In this document: piece after piece, positions 13,701-27,072 of the stretch
How positions within the stretch are numbered: position 1 is the first letter of the stretch
Layout of the letters: each line of letters begins with the position of its first letter
Assembly (NCBI GenBank): GCA_036172245.1
Contig: JAYWIR010000046.1
Location: 1,302,001 to 1,366,000, forward strand
From: Raillietiella orientalis
Lineage: Eukaryota
Reading direction: 5' to 3'
DNA length: 64,000 bases
Translations under genes and position numbers: made by a program
The notes under the pieces: generated by a model
Database searches by the model: none
What the model was told of the DNA's origin: nothing
The model's input: only the letters and a program-made list of their open reading frames with translations

Positions 13701-16700
13701 CGGAAAGCTGAGCTGGTGCTGCAGGGTTTCCGCTTCGTGGTTTCAGGATCCTTTGTGACCTTCGAAGATCCATTGTGCCAAAATACACTAGGACAACTGG
13801 ACCAAACGAAATTTGGGAATCCCGCCAGGAAATCCAAAACTCGAGAGGTGGTAACGGAGTTACTCTGTCTAAGGAACAAAACGAATCTACATCGAGCTGT
13901 AGCCAGGATGTTTGAGATCCTTTCGTCTGTTGATACGTAGATCCAAGTGTGAAAGTACCGACACTCTTTTAAAACGGGGTCATTATGGAAGATTATATGA
14001 TGCTATTGGACCTCTAGTTGGTGCGTTGCCTAAATAAAGTCTTAAGTCCCTCGTGCGTCAATGATGTTGATGATTCTGGGACCATTTTGAACTCAGGATA
14101 TGCCAATCGGATGCATTTCAGTGTTCAGAGTCACAGCACATCCTTTTTGACGATAAAGTCAATCCTCACATTTAGGAAATACTTGCTTGTGTAGCATTGG
14201 CTCCTCAGGATAGTCAGTAAGCTGAAATGGTAGCCATCCGGATATCTGAACAGTGGCCGAAGCATGAAGGGAAAACCACCCTCAAAGAGAAGAAAGAGAA
14301 CGACTGTCTCCTGTTCTTCCGTAATAAACATTTAAAATAAAGCACCAAAAGTGCTACATAAAACATGCAACGACTACGGTGAAGATTGTTCAAGATGGTT
14401 TATCGTTAACAACGCTATCAGCTATGTCGGTGATAATTCTTTGCTTCTCTTTTTTACTTGAAAAATTTTTTCAGACAGAAAGGTCGATGGCTGCCTTTTC
14501 CATCTACGGTCGCATCTACTTATCCTTCGTTCATTGCAAACACTACCAATAAGAAATTGCTTATCTGTTCCTGACAGCTGAACAAATAAGACAGGATTGG
14601 TTGAGCGGTACTCGAGAGTAGTCAGAACTGCTCGTGAGGATAAGCCAAAATCCAAAAAATTAATCATACATCAAAGCATTTAGCAAAGGACGTGGCCTTC
14701 TTGAACCTCCAGCCATAAGCAAAGGATTTTCTCAAAGTGGCATACTGGAAAAAGAGAAATTCACAAAAACATCAAAGCTCTTTTTCTGAAACATCTTGCC
14801 TTTCCACCAGGGTTTGTTACAACTTTTCCTTAACTTCATTTCGGAATCCATCGTAGAATATCTGCCTGAGGTTCCAAAACAAAGTAAATGACTACGAATA
14901 GTTTTCTAGACATTGTCCCTATTTACAAAGCTTACGCAGCAGCCACTGTATGCTAGGCAGTCAATGCATTCAGCTTTTCTGAGTTCTGAATACGAGCAAG
15001 ACTGATAGTCAATGATTTTTCGGTCATCAAATATGAGCCAGCATGTTTCGTGCATCCTGTGTGTACAAAGCAGAAACGTATCATTCTGTAATCTATCCAT
15101 CGTCAGTGACATGAAAATCTCTTGAAGTGGATGAAGAAAGCGGAGAGCAGGAATGGCGGCTGTCCTTCGCAGTCTTCATGTGTGAATAGCAATATGAGAC
15201 ATAGCAGTGTACTTTATAACTATTCAGATTTTGAAATGGAAGGAAAATGAAATGGAATGGAAAATCAGATACAATTTAGTTAACAAATCTCATCCTTCCT
15301 TTGAGGAAACCTATGTAGTGGATGCACTCATGAATCCATGAGCACAGTCTCTTCACTGCTTCATCAAAAATGGCTTCAATGCACCATGATTTTGTGATTG
15401 CAGATAGCCAAGCTGTATTAGAGTTTATGAAAGAATCAAGGCGAATTCTTCCAAGGCATGCAATAACTCTGCACAGTCTGAGACACAATTCAGTTTTCTC
15501 ATTGCTTGAGATTCACTGTTCCTGGAATTGCTTACTGCACCCAGAGTTCCTAGGCGGTCCTAGAATAATTGGCGTCATCAATATTCATCAAATGATTTGG
15601 TAAAGCACAATGAGGAATACTCTGAATGTGGAAGTTTCTGTTAACAGTCGTTTATTTAAGGTACTCATTAACCATGTTACGCTCACTAAAATTCTTTACG
15701 CGAGAATTTTTTCCTTAAGAGTCCGCCTTCCTCCTCTAGTGTAAAGTAACCACATTTTCTTGCTCACTTGCTCCACAACCTTCGTCGAGATTGCCTGGAC
15801 ACTAGGTCTATAAATCATCTTAGATTTTGACATCCATTACATACACGAAATATCTACAGCAACTTAAATAGAGATGAGCTCACTAAGATTCTCCGAAAGC
15901 CAGTTGATTGATTCGCATTTCTGATCACTGAAATATTTTCAGACGCAGTTCTTCTTTCTTCAGTTCTTTGCTTCATTTTGTTTTTATAACTGCTTATGAT
16001 CTTAAAAACTTCTTCAATTATTACGAAGATGAAAGCTAAAATTACTTGCTGACATCTTGACAGTTATTCTCCTATAAAGTAATCATCTAAAGTAAGTATC
16101 TAATTATCTAAGTACATTATTTTTCCATATTGCATCCCGATGCAGCAACCGACATATGTACCCCTAATCTGCTGATGCCACTTTTGATACTTTAAATCTT
16201 TGACCGAAAAAAAAAAACCTAGTTCTTCGTCATCACTTTGCATCATCCTAATTCTTCAACCAGTCTTTCCCCCTTGCTTATGACCCTCAAACTGAGAAAG
16301 TGTGTTGTGAATCTTGTTGCAAGCTGGTACTTTGCTTCTCCTACAGTTTTTGTTTTGTGCCTCAGTCTGATAGATTTTTTTTTCCATTGCTTCATTAGAA
16401 CCATGATTATATGTACTTAAATTCTATTGCTTACCTTATACTTAGAGCAATGGGTGTGTCATGTTGTCTTCTCGCTTCATTGCAAACCAAGAGGAATTAA
16501 AGTGCGTTGTGATCAAAAAAATCTACGTTCCCTCACCCCTGCATGCTTTCATTTGAAGTTGCAACAAAACATTCTGTTTAGATCGTGTAAATGATTTTTT
16601 CCAAATTTGTGCTGCTGAGCTCGGAGAAGACAGTCGAAGCAAGAAACTCATCCATGAGCTGCCTCACTCCTTCCGACAAACGAGTGCGTCTTTCGCCAAA

Positions 16701-16900
16701 GGCGTTTGCAGCGTTTTAAACAGAAGGATGTTTGAGTCCAATCTTGAATCAGCAGCTACTCATTTGGAATCTTTAATCTGTTTTGATGGACTCTGGCAAT
16801 TGGGCTGCAGAATCTGATCTTTAAAATCATTCAGCGTTGCTATAAACCTTTCTTTTTTTTTTTCCATCGCCATTGTCAACACAAGTGAAAGCTTTTCAAG
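13650..16900 (-). mobile_element. Decayed BEL/Pao gag-protease-RT
   Basis: TLSQFEG (~16295, cf. gag LPxFxG), QYG, EAIFD then SSEETV after a frameshift (~15370, protease), FWNLRQI (~14870), NFLDFG, PTRGPI..NDP (~14000, cf. PTKR..DPLG). Lies tail-to-tail with the plus-strand copy at 11.4-13.7 kb. Confidence 0.55.
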
Positions 16901-17248
16901 TTTTTAAAAAATTATTTTTCCAAAGTAGAAGCTGTTTTCTTCTGACCCTGTTGGGTGAAAACATCTTCAAATTGTTCACTTTTCTCAGACATGTTTAAGC
17001 ATTACCAGTGCTTCACCGTCTCACTCATCTCTCCTAAACAAATTACTGATCACTTTTGCTTCAACATTGCTAATTATATGCTTAAGTGAGGACGAATTTT
17101 CTACACCTTAGTGAATGTCAGATAGGGTTAACATTCACTGAGACACAGAAAATTCAAATTCCATGTAAACTTTATCGAAGACTCACATTGGCTTGAGACA
17201 TTAGATTTCTCTATGCATACTTCACCTTGTATCTTAACTTCGGCAAAA

Positions 17249-17417
17249 GATGAGTATGCGCTTTCCTTTTTGTTTTTCTTCTTCAAACCTTCCGGAATCG
17301 GAAACTGTTGTATTTTAAAATAATAGTCATTCGGAAACTGTTGTATTTTAAAATACAACAGTTTCCGAATTCCGGAAGGTTTGAAGAAGAAAAACAAAAA
17401 GGAAGCGCATACTCATC
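17249..17417. repeat. Long near-perfect inverted repeat (fold-back) with an internal 25-nt direct duplication
   Basis: Arm gatgagtatgcgc..ggaaactgttgtatttt pairs with its reverse complement ending ..gcgcatactcatc (~68 bp, two 1-nt indels). tcggaaactgttgtattttaaaata occurs at 17298-17322 and 17331-17355. 17329-17370 is a perfect 42-nt palindrome. Confidence 0.95.
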
Positions 17418-17949
17418 ATTGAGGATTATGCACTGCTCACACTCCACTGAGAAGCTCAACTTCCGCCCTTGAGTTGCAAAAGTTCTGGTAACTGGATGAT
17501 CCAAATGAAAGGAAACTGATCTGTTGCGTAAACAAGTTGGTCCCTTTTTTCTTCATTTGTTTCTAGTACTTGCAATCTAGAATTCTAGGCATCTTCAAAT
17601 GCTGAGTAAATCCTAATCACTTCTTCATAATGAGATCACTTTACTTTTGCTTTTTGTCTAGTAGATTTCATCTGAGTTTCTAAGGAACTAAGCAATGTAT
17701 TTTTTGAGATTATATCAGAAACATCAAACTCTATCGCCCTTTTATATAGGTTCCATTTCGTTTTATTCTACGATGCTATTAAAGTAACGTTCACTCTGAA
17801 AACACCTGAAAATGATTATCTTAAATGAACGCTTAGTTTGAAGAGGATCATAAACCTGAATGCTCGAGATCTTGAAGTGATTATAAAATGCCATCATTTC
17901 AATCCTTGAATCGCTACAGTAACGATCTAGCTTGACCTTCTGTGGTCCA

Positions 17950-20300
17950 AATCTATAAACTCAACCTGACTTGGTTCCTAGTAAGGAGCCCAGCCGAAGT
18001 TTGTGCTGCTCACGTACAAATGTCTTCTGACCTGCAAGCAGGTCGTTCACGATGCTTATACCTATTAAATAGAACAGCTGACGATTATGGAGTCACCTGA
18101 TCCATTTCTGATGGCACTTGTCAATTGGGTTCAGAACTCCAGCAAGCGAGGACAAGTTTCAGCAAAGTTTATCTATTTCGCTCCTCTGGACTAGCTTTCC
18201 GTGTGATTCACATCGGTGCATCACCGAATGGAATCGGAAACTCACAGCATGCCTCTTGGGTTCTTGAGAATATGGGCAGATTCGAAAACTGAGACTTTTC
18301 CTTTCCGTCGCTGAGTAATTGCTGTGTAAAGAGTGGATCCTTTATATGTTTGTTGCTTCCATTGACATTCAGTAAAATAATTATGCGACCAAAAGCTGTT
18401 CAATGATTCTTTGACCAACAGCAATGATTCTTTCATCATCAGTCACACTAGCTCCACCAGAATGACCTCGCTCCCAGAATATTATTCAGGGTAGTAAAGA
18501 CTCATTCGGCTAACTTCTAGGAGTCATCAGAGCATCCTACTCGTCTCAACTCTTTTCATGCAACTAATCTTCCCAATCTATCGAAATCTATTCTCGAAAG
18601 TTTTCTAGCATAAATCCTGATTATTTAAATTCGCACTGTTCTTGCATGTTGCAAGCTATGGTGATTCGAAAAGCTGCAGAATGTTAACGCCAACAGAATG
18701 GGATCATATCGCAGCAGTAGCAACGATGTGGAGCAGAAAGAATCACATTTGTAAACACTGTGCTGATTCTTCAGTGTTGCGTATCACTACTAAGACATGG
18801 TTCCAATCATCAGCACAAAAGGAAGTGCGTTTAACTTGACGATGAAACATTGTCTTTTAAAAATTGAACCATTGCAGCATTTGATCATGACTTAAACGCG
18901 AAAAGTACTCAGAAGGGAAGGTATTACAAAGTGTAGTAACAGCTGTGGTAACAGACTTCTAAGACAGAAAACAGCAACGATTTTTGCTTCAGATATTTTA
19001 TTAGAGAAATCGCGATTCATCTTCTACGTTGTATCTTCATGACGACGGAAGAAAAAACAGGAATCTATGCATTCCTCGAGGAAATAGCTGTTTTACGATA
19101 GATGCTGCATTGGAAGTGACTCGAAGCGTAAAATGCAGATGGCTGTTTTGAATCATATCATCTTGGACTTTTACAGATAACGAAAGGGGGAGATGGCTGT
19201 CTTAAAAAGAACTATTCTCTCTGAGTCTCAAAATCCAAGACAGCCATACTGACCTGCTTCAAGAACATCCATTCCGCAAACACCAACCAACATGGGCTCA
19301 CTTCATGGAAATTCTTTTTATTTGTAGCATGGGCACTATTGAAGTTGTAATTTGTTGAATTATACTCAAATCTGATCCATTTCTTAACTATATTGAAGCC
19401 AAGTGAGTAGGTTAACAGAAATTTCTGCCTAAAGAAATTCACGTTTAAGGCAAGTAAACCTTTATTAAGATTTCACATTGGTATGGAAACATTCAATGGC
19501 CTTACAAGAATTGAGTTCTTGTAAGATTTCATGTTACAAGCCATGGTTGAGTGTATTATTTCACGTGGATTTTGTTTTTCTCACAAGAGTTTTCTTTTGC
19601 AGGGTTGCTTTGCTGTCTCACGTTTTTCCGTCTGCTATGGACTCCTAACTTTTTTGATGGAAATGGGATCGACCATTTCTTCGAACTAAATCGTCATCAT
19701 TTAGAATCATTACATTTAACGATCAATGTTCTTGTTCTTTCGCCCTGTTTTAGGTGAAGTTCTGTGCTGTTATTATGCTGAGACCATGATTGTGTTGAAT
19801 GATCGTTCCCGTTTTGTTTATTTTCTAGATGAATAAAATTCTCAAGAAAGGAAAGGCAAGTTGTAGGAATGAACCCATAGGGGGGACATCACATATCATG
19901 AAAATATCTGAGCACTACATCCATTTTCCTGAATGTTGAAGCACTTGAATGCTGTGCGATGCCTTACGCGCAATGGCATCCACTGCACTGACTGAAGTCG
20001 CCTTTGCGGTTTCCAAGCTCAGCGTCTTTAACACTGAAATGCTTTTCTGTAGTGGCATTAGAATAATTGATGAACGGGCCAAAACTTGGGTGGGCTGTAA
20101 CTGAAAATCAGTTTTGGGTCCACAATATAAAAGAAATATTTCCGAAAGATACAATGCTAATTTCTTTTGAGGAAAAAGTTCAGGCCATGACTATTTTTTT
20201 AAATGCTGGTAATCTGAACGTTTATAAAAATAATTCTGCAGCTATCCTTTTTTCTAGTCGACTGATAACACATCGATTGTCACTGTGTTTTTAACTAAAA
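17950..20300 (-). mobile_element. Decayed BEL/Pao pol (RT, RNase H, integrase, DUF5641-like tail)
   Basis: FILW then SFGP..NATTEKHF (~20090-20035, cf. RFLW..PFG..LNATIxxHL), HVLVVIRNTEE (~18795, cf. HLEVVxDxSTE), FDRLGRLV (~18580, cf. YERLVGLVK), LNSFWSHNY (~18400), NPRG. Confidence 0.6.
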
Positions 20301-20999
20301 ACACGAATTGGTAATTAATTGATAATATGTACTGACTTGTATAGTGTGTTATAATAAGACAAACAGATGAATTGAATAGAACTTCAGTAGAAACTTGTAC
20401 CTAAAAGTTGAATTTTAATCATTGCAAACTATCGTTCTACATGTTCTTTCATGTATTTGAATGACTTTTACAATTCATGTAAAATGACAGAATATTATAT
20501 ACGTGGTGCTTTACATCTTTAAACCTTTCATAAATGAAAACATGTTTTATCCTTCTTTCCTAGAACATCATAATTATCTTTAATTGAATTTTCAACTGTG
20601 TCTTTCTTTTATGAGGGCACTCTAACACACACACCTTGACTCTGAGAACATTGGTCACTCAAATTTCCAGTAAAAAATCACAGATTTGTCGGTATGCGGT
20701 TCCAAATTGAGATACGAGAAAGTATCAAGTGGGACATTCAATAAAGCTTGAGACCGAATATGCGGAAGCAAAGTGCGAGGTGCGACTTGTCTTCCCCGAA
20801 TGCACACATGTGCGTTTGAAAATCCTCAGATCTTTTCTGTATGCCTGAAAAGCAGGTGTCGATGTGTCTTTGAAAAGCAAAGCAAGCGAGGCAAAATAAA
20901 TACCTGACAAAGTATAAGGCATATTACAAAGTAGTGAGAGTAGTAACTCGTAAGAGTGCAGATCATCTCAAGAGTAATCGTAACAACAATTTTTATAGG

Positions 21000-23200
21000 G
21001 CAAATCTAAGATGCACGAGATGGGCACGTTGCATTTTGTCATAGGAAAGAAAACTACGTCAGCTTTCTGAGAGCTGATATGGAATTGTAATAGCTAAGCA
21101 AACAAGGCATGTACATAAATGTGGAATGTCACATTTCAATAAACATGTCTAAAAGAAATATGCAGCAGTGAAAATTTCCTGTTCCTCCTCCCACTGACTT
21201 TTGAAATGACTGACTTTTGGTACATCTAATCACAAACTGCTTCTTTTTAAAACAAATTTGTTGTCTTTTATTTGGTTTTCCCTCATTCATTTGTCTTTGG
21301 GCTCATTACGAAGCATCTTAATTAAAATGATGCTTCAGACGTAAATCTCTTTTCATTAAATTCGGCATTCCACAACGACTCATGCTTTTCCCGTAATTCA
21401 TGCAATGATGAATCCTTTTTTATAGGAACACCTCAGCGTTGCTAAGCGATTTATTTGCTTTATTTAAGGATTCGATTTCATAACTATTGATCAATTTAAT
21501 TTACGATAATTGCAATTCAATCTCTTTTCTTAATGAATGACTTAAAAGGAATATGCTCGCACCCCTGTTGTGACCTGATTTTGTATTGCACTGCACTGAA
21601 TTCTCATTTCAAAATCGCGTCCAATGGCAGAAGCTGGATTCTTCAGAATTTGATCTTCGTAATGTTAGTTCTCCACGGAAGACACGGATAACCCTCAGGT
21701 GGACGAAAATGCAGCTTGTGGTTTTGCAGCAAACTCACGTTGATATTCAAACGAGAGCTACTTCACATTCATAAAGGTGAGACAGTGCAGAGTAGTGGGC
21801 AAGGAAAGAAAATGTAGTGGATCTGTACCCAGAAAAGTGGAAACATCTCTATCGTGGCACGTTCGAGAACATAGAAGGAAGAATGCTTAATGCCTGGAGG
21901 AATCAAAACAGAATCAAAACAAGAGATCGAATGTTTTTCTGAGATTTCTTTATTTTTGGGGGCTTCTCCAAAATAGGTGTTACAGCAATGCAGCAACAAA
22001 TCGTAATCCATAATTCCGTACTAACACTGACAATATGGACGCGATTGAAGATTTCATGATTGACCTTGTTATCCATTCTGAATAACGAGGTGCAAATGCA
22101 ATCAGGTTAGCTCGCTTTGCTCTCGAGAAAGAAATGGTTACCACGGACAGTTCAATAAATTGAACACAAAGGTCACTAATAGAAACAATGCAGACATTGC
22201 CTAAGAAAGAGTAAACAGTTAATGAAAAGCAGCAGTTTTATAAAATGAAGTTGAGAAAAATCTGGATTATCGCTGCATTCTGCAGAACAGTTGACTGACT
22301 TACAGGGGATAAAAAAGACTTAGATTGGCATAGGCATCAAAAATGGCATTTGGCTTAGACTTGGCGACGAAAGGATGCAGTCTTCAGCTGAGAATCTATG
22401 AGCATCCTAATTTTGTGTCAAGTTGTACGAGAGAGTGCGAGGTCTAATGAAAACTCATCCTGGGCAAAACCAGTCCCATCTTGAACACGCAACCAAGCGA
22501 TGAGCTTTTATGCTGACTGATTTGCCAGGTTTAATTAGAAACCTTCACAAATCATCAGATCAATCATCATCGTTCGTCCTTTCGTCGAAAGAGAAAAAGC
22601 ACTATGACTGAGAACACCTCCTGTTGTTTCCGATAAGTCATTTCAGATGGATGACTTCATTTGCAAGGTCGGAGGGGCAGGCCGACCTGCCTTGGAGCAG
22701 TCAGCCTTTCATGACTTTCATTCCACATCCCTGAGTTACTGTTTAATTGATTCTCAATCCCATTTACATACTCAGAAATAACGAGACTTAGGATGACTGC
22801 TGTTTGTCTAAGATTTGGACTTGCATCACTGCAGCCTGTGAAACTTTTGCCCCGTTCTTTCTCCTGATTTTTTGATGTCTCCATTGCTGTTTGTTCCTTT
22901 GAACGGTTTGAGAAGCGATGAAAAAAATCTCACCGACTGTCATAAACGTTAGGCTACTCGAAATCTCGTCAAAATGGGAAAACTAGGGTGCTTGCAAGAA
23001 TTCTTGATGAATATAGTACAAGAAAGGACTATTTAAACTGGCTCTTGAAAGTATTCTAGGAAGTTCTTTAAGTTTTCAAAGATTCCGAATGGCATTGGAT
23101 GAAGATCACTGAGAGTGGAGAACTCCCGCCAGTTTGCTTTTTGGTCGCAATTACCTACGAAGAAAACAATCAGCATGTGTTTATTCTTATTACGTTGCAC
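21000..23200 (-). mobile_element. Decayed BEL/Pao RNase H-integrase
   Basis: FTGCSDAS (~22835, cf. HxFxDAS), RLTAPR (~22700, cf. LTIPRLEL), CIFVHLRVIRVFRGEL..SEE..RF (~21710, cf. CLFTC..RAVHLEL), KIRSQQG (cf. IxSDNG). Confidence 0.65.
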
Positions 23201-23230
23201 GATCAGCAAAGTGCGAATTCACGATTATCA

Positions 23231-23981
23231 CTAGCACCTGTGAACACTCAATAGTAATAGGTATCCTACACAGACATGAGTATGTCCCATAATTCCTGCA
23301 ATGGCTACTTGATGCATTCCAAGGTTTTCCATAGAAGAATGATTTCTACATACTCTACTCCAGATTTCTGGAGACATCTCTAACTGCATTGTTTTATTAT
23401 ACCATTTGACGTGTTCCGTAATGTAATCATGGAGGCCGCCTTTATAGTGCACGACTCCTGCATATGCTTCGTAGGTGAGCATAATACTTCATAGGTTATG
23501 GAGAGTATTTCATGTTGCGCGATTGCTTTTGGAGCAGTTTGGAACATTTCGGTGGTACAGATGCGAACGTGTTGTCTTGATATAGTTATCCTATTTTCTC
23601 CATCAGCTACAGTATGCCCATGATTAAATAAATGGAAGATGAGATGGTCACCTTTTCGATATTGCAGCATCTTGCAGCACTTACCAGCTTTGATTTTTTC
23701 AAAATAGGAAGCACAAATAAGCGTTTGATGATGATGAAAGCTGATGATCACGTCAACCTTCTGTCATATTGATACCTGAAATTTGATGATATCATATTTG
23801 ATATCCTCAAATTTAGTCCTCGAATCCTTCTTCCATTATCTTTACTTCATGTCGCCGTCATATCTGGCCATCTGGTTGCATCAGAAATTCATATCTGATA
23901 CCTGGAAAGCGTTCTCGAAAATAGAACTGCAATTTTCTTAACGAAGACACTGACACGATTCAACCAAATGTGAAATGGCAT
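23231..23981 (-). pseudogene. Envelope-like glycoprotein remnant of the BEL/Pao element
   Basis: Hydrophobic leader MPFHIWLNRVSVFVKKIAVLFSRTLSR then YQI* (TGA where Cys expected), VIISF..LIC, HVRICT..ILSITYEV.C, KWYNK..IWSRVC..QVA. Downstream of integrase; frameshift between ORFs 23380-23751 and 23231-23482. Confidence 0.5.
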
Positions 23982-26900
23982 TGTCTTCTTCATCTTGAGC
24001 TTTATGTAAGGATGAAGAAATACAATTCTTAAACTAAACTCGATTTGTGCGATTTTAAACTAAACTCGTGAGATTCATCTGGTCTGGTTCAGATAGCGGA
24101 GAGCTCTTGGATTTTGACAGTAGTGACAAATGTAGGTGCTCAATTGAAGTTTTCATTCTTTTCGCTCAGGGATTTTTAGTTAAGAAAGCACGAACGCTCG
24201 GTGGTGGAACAGGATCATGCTCCATCCTCAAGCAGAATTCCACTTTAAAGGCTCAGTTCTTCCCATGGTTTGAAGCGGACTCCGATGAGACATTAGACCT
24301 TGGAAAGCATATTGAAACTCTGGAAAGTCTTGAAGATCCGATTACAGCTTTCGACAACATTGTCAAGTGCAAGATGGGTACCTTCTTTGTACTCCTGTCG
24401 TTCGAAGGAATGAATATCGTAAATGACAAATTCCTATTTGTCTTTTTTCCACAAGATTTCGCTTATCTCTCACCATTCCTTGATGTATGGCATTATGACA
24501 TCCGAACAAGCATCGTTCTCCAGTGATTGATCGACATTATTTTTGGAAGAAGCCTCTGACGATATCGTCTTTCCTGTAAAATTTTTCATTGTATCTGAAT
24601 TTTGCAAATGATCGTTGAAGCCTAATGCGATATTTGAAGGCACATCAGGACCACGATCTCTGTATGATGAATCTTCGATGGAACTTCCGCTTTCACAGTC
24701 ATGGGAAAGCAGCTCGATCACAATCAGTTTGATATCCTTCTCTTCTTTCCATATCACATGAAGGAAATTTTTTTTTTTAATTTTGCAGAATGTCGAGTTA
24801 GTGCAATGAAGCTGACTATCCAAATAATTTGAAATTAACTAATTTGAAATTTATATGGTGACTTTGCAGTTACGGAGAAAACAAAGTCCCAAAATTTTGC
24901 AGCTGTAATACGAAATATACTTAACGTTAGCGTCTTTACAGCGCTAAAACGACAAGGAATTTGCATCGCTCTTAGAGATAGCTTGAACACTGTTTCAGAT
25001 CACTATTTACCTAACACTGAAAATTAGTTATACCAGGGGATGTGGTCTTGAACATCCAGCTGACAACTTATTGAAATCGCACGCTCTGTGCGAACAGGTT
25101 TTGCGGCAGACTGAACGAAAGAAATTTCATCCACTGATCATTCTCCCGGATGTAATTAGTTTCAGTTGGAGTCGAACCTGAAACTGATTCTCAGTTCTGC
25201 TGCAACCGCTGACAACTTTTACGCTTCTCATAGTTCATAGCCCTTGTTCCACATACAGTTCGATAAAAATCTTGATTTCAATAATTTTTGAATAAGTCAG
25301 TGCTTACCACGCTCTCATTCTGGACTGACTTTTTCTTCATGATGTTCTTTTGTTTGCTGTTATAATTTATTTACTGCTTTTGTAATATGACGTTATCTTT
25401 TTGAAATTTCGCACATAGAGATAATCTGAAATTAGAATTTGAAGGATTCCACCTTCAAATGGAAAGCTTATCCACTAAAAAACAGCAAATTTCTTGTACA
25501 CTGAGTACTTCAGCTGTCCTCTGTAATAAACCCATATTTTCCATAGAATCAGTTAGAGACTTAGAATTAAAACTCATGTCTGAAAGTAATTTTAATGGAA
25601 TCCATGATTGTTGTTTGATAACCCACATCGTCATTATTCTTCTAACGCATTTTTGATTTAACATGGAAGTTATTTCTTGAAAAGCATGAGACTGTCTCTA
25701 ACACTGTTTTTTTGAGCGAGAATTTGAGTTTAGGTCATAACGAAAGCATACTGAATATTTTGAATTTCCATAGCCACAAACCCCAATCGAGACTGTAATC
25801 ATGCCTGAATACGAATTGTGGCCTATCAGCAAATGTTCACCATTGTGGCATGTTATCTTCACGAATGATGTTTATGATCATTTGGATGCTTCCTGTATTT
25901 TCATGAAAACAGCAATGTTTCCTGTTGAATTTGTCGCATTTCAGAGGATTTCAGGACCAAAGAAAAACTTAATAGATGTGTTTGCACATGTTTGCAAGTG
26001 TGATTCTTCACCTAATGCATGAGGTGCTTGCATCAACCATTGCGTCTAGGCTCCTTCGAAACCGGCGTGCAGTCCTGATCAATATTCTGCCCTATATAAT
26101 AATCATCATGGTTGTTACTTCGCCTTTTACTGATTACTGAGACAGAAAATTTTTATACTTTATGGAAATAATTTGGCTTTCCATTGAAGTTCCTTACATG
26201 TCGATCATTTTTCTTCTCCTGTGTGCTCATTTTAAGTTCCACTTACAAAGGGATAGTATGCCTATTCTTCCAATTCCATTCGCAAACAAATCCACGATTG
26301 CATCATAAAACGATTACATTGAACATGATTACATTTAGAACAAGCAAGGAATCTCCCACACTGATCTATGAGCAAAAACTCAAAAAACAGTACAAGGAGA
26401 CGGAAAATGAAGAAAATTCGATCTTAGAGAGAAATACAGAAGATCTGCACAAAAAAGCGAAATAAAATAACCAAGTTTTCTAAAAGGTGTGGGAACATCT
26501 TGAAGAGACAAAAGAAGCTGTAGCTTCTTGTGTTGCTGCAAAATGATGCTGCAATCGATATTTTCCCTGATATCACTATGCTCGTGGCTTGTTACAATTC
26601 CATGTCAGGATTAAGATGTGTCAACGCAGTTAAACACTACTAACTGCTCTGAACATTCTTCAATCAACAACATTCAAATCAACAACTGCATTCTGAGGAG
26701 CAACCTTGCAGTTTTGAACATCAAAACATTTCTTCTGTCCTATTCATCCCTCATTTTGTCATGTGGGATGAACAAGATAACAGAGTTCCTCATGATCCAT
26801 ACTGATTCCTGAATTATTTCTATGTTTTAGAAAAACAAATTTTCTTGACATCGCTCTACATTTTAGAATTTGCCACTAGCATATTTTCTAACCCTCAGAA

Positions 26901-27072
26901 AAATAAACAGCCATGCTATGAATCATCCTTGTTCATGTTAGAAAGGATAAAGCTATCGCGTTGGTTCCTTTTTGGATTGACTCCCTAGATGAGCTTCCTT
27001 GTATTCTAATTCCCATTTCAGTTTCACCGAAAAAAAATGAATTTGATGTTCGTAGTTCTTGTCTTTTAAGTA

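Noticed and set aside
17298..17355. CRISPR-like direct repeats
   Set aside because: Only two copies, an 8-nt spacer, no cas genes, eukaryotic context.
19985..20100. Apparent terminal host exon on the minus strand (ttttcag acceptor, ..CSGCHCA*)
   Set aside because: The same bases read as RT motifs (FILW, FGP, NAT..KH) collinear with the BEL/Pao remnant.
24068..24526. 152-aa plus-strand ORF
   Set aside because: Antisense shadow of the minus-strand retroelement frame; no motif.
23231..26030. Multi-exon host pseudogene suggested by tttcag and gtaag sites
   Set aside because: Putative exons contain stops in all frames, and unspliced translation gives ordered integrase and env-like motifs.
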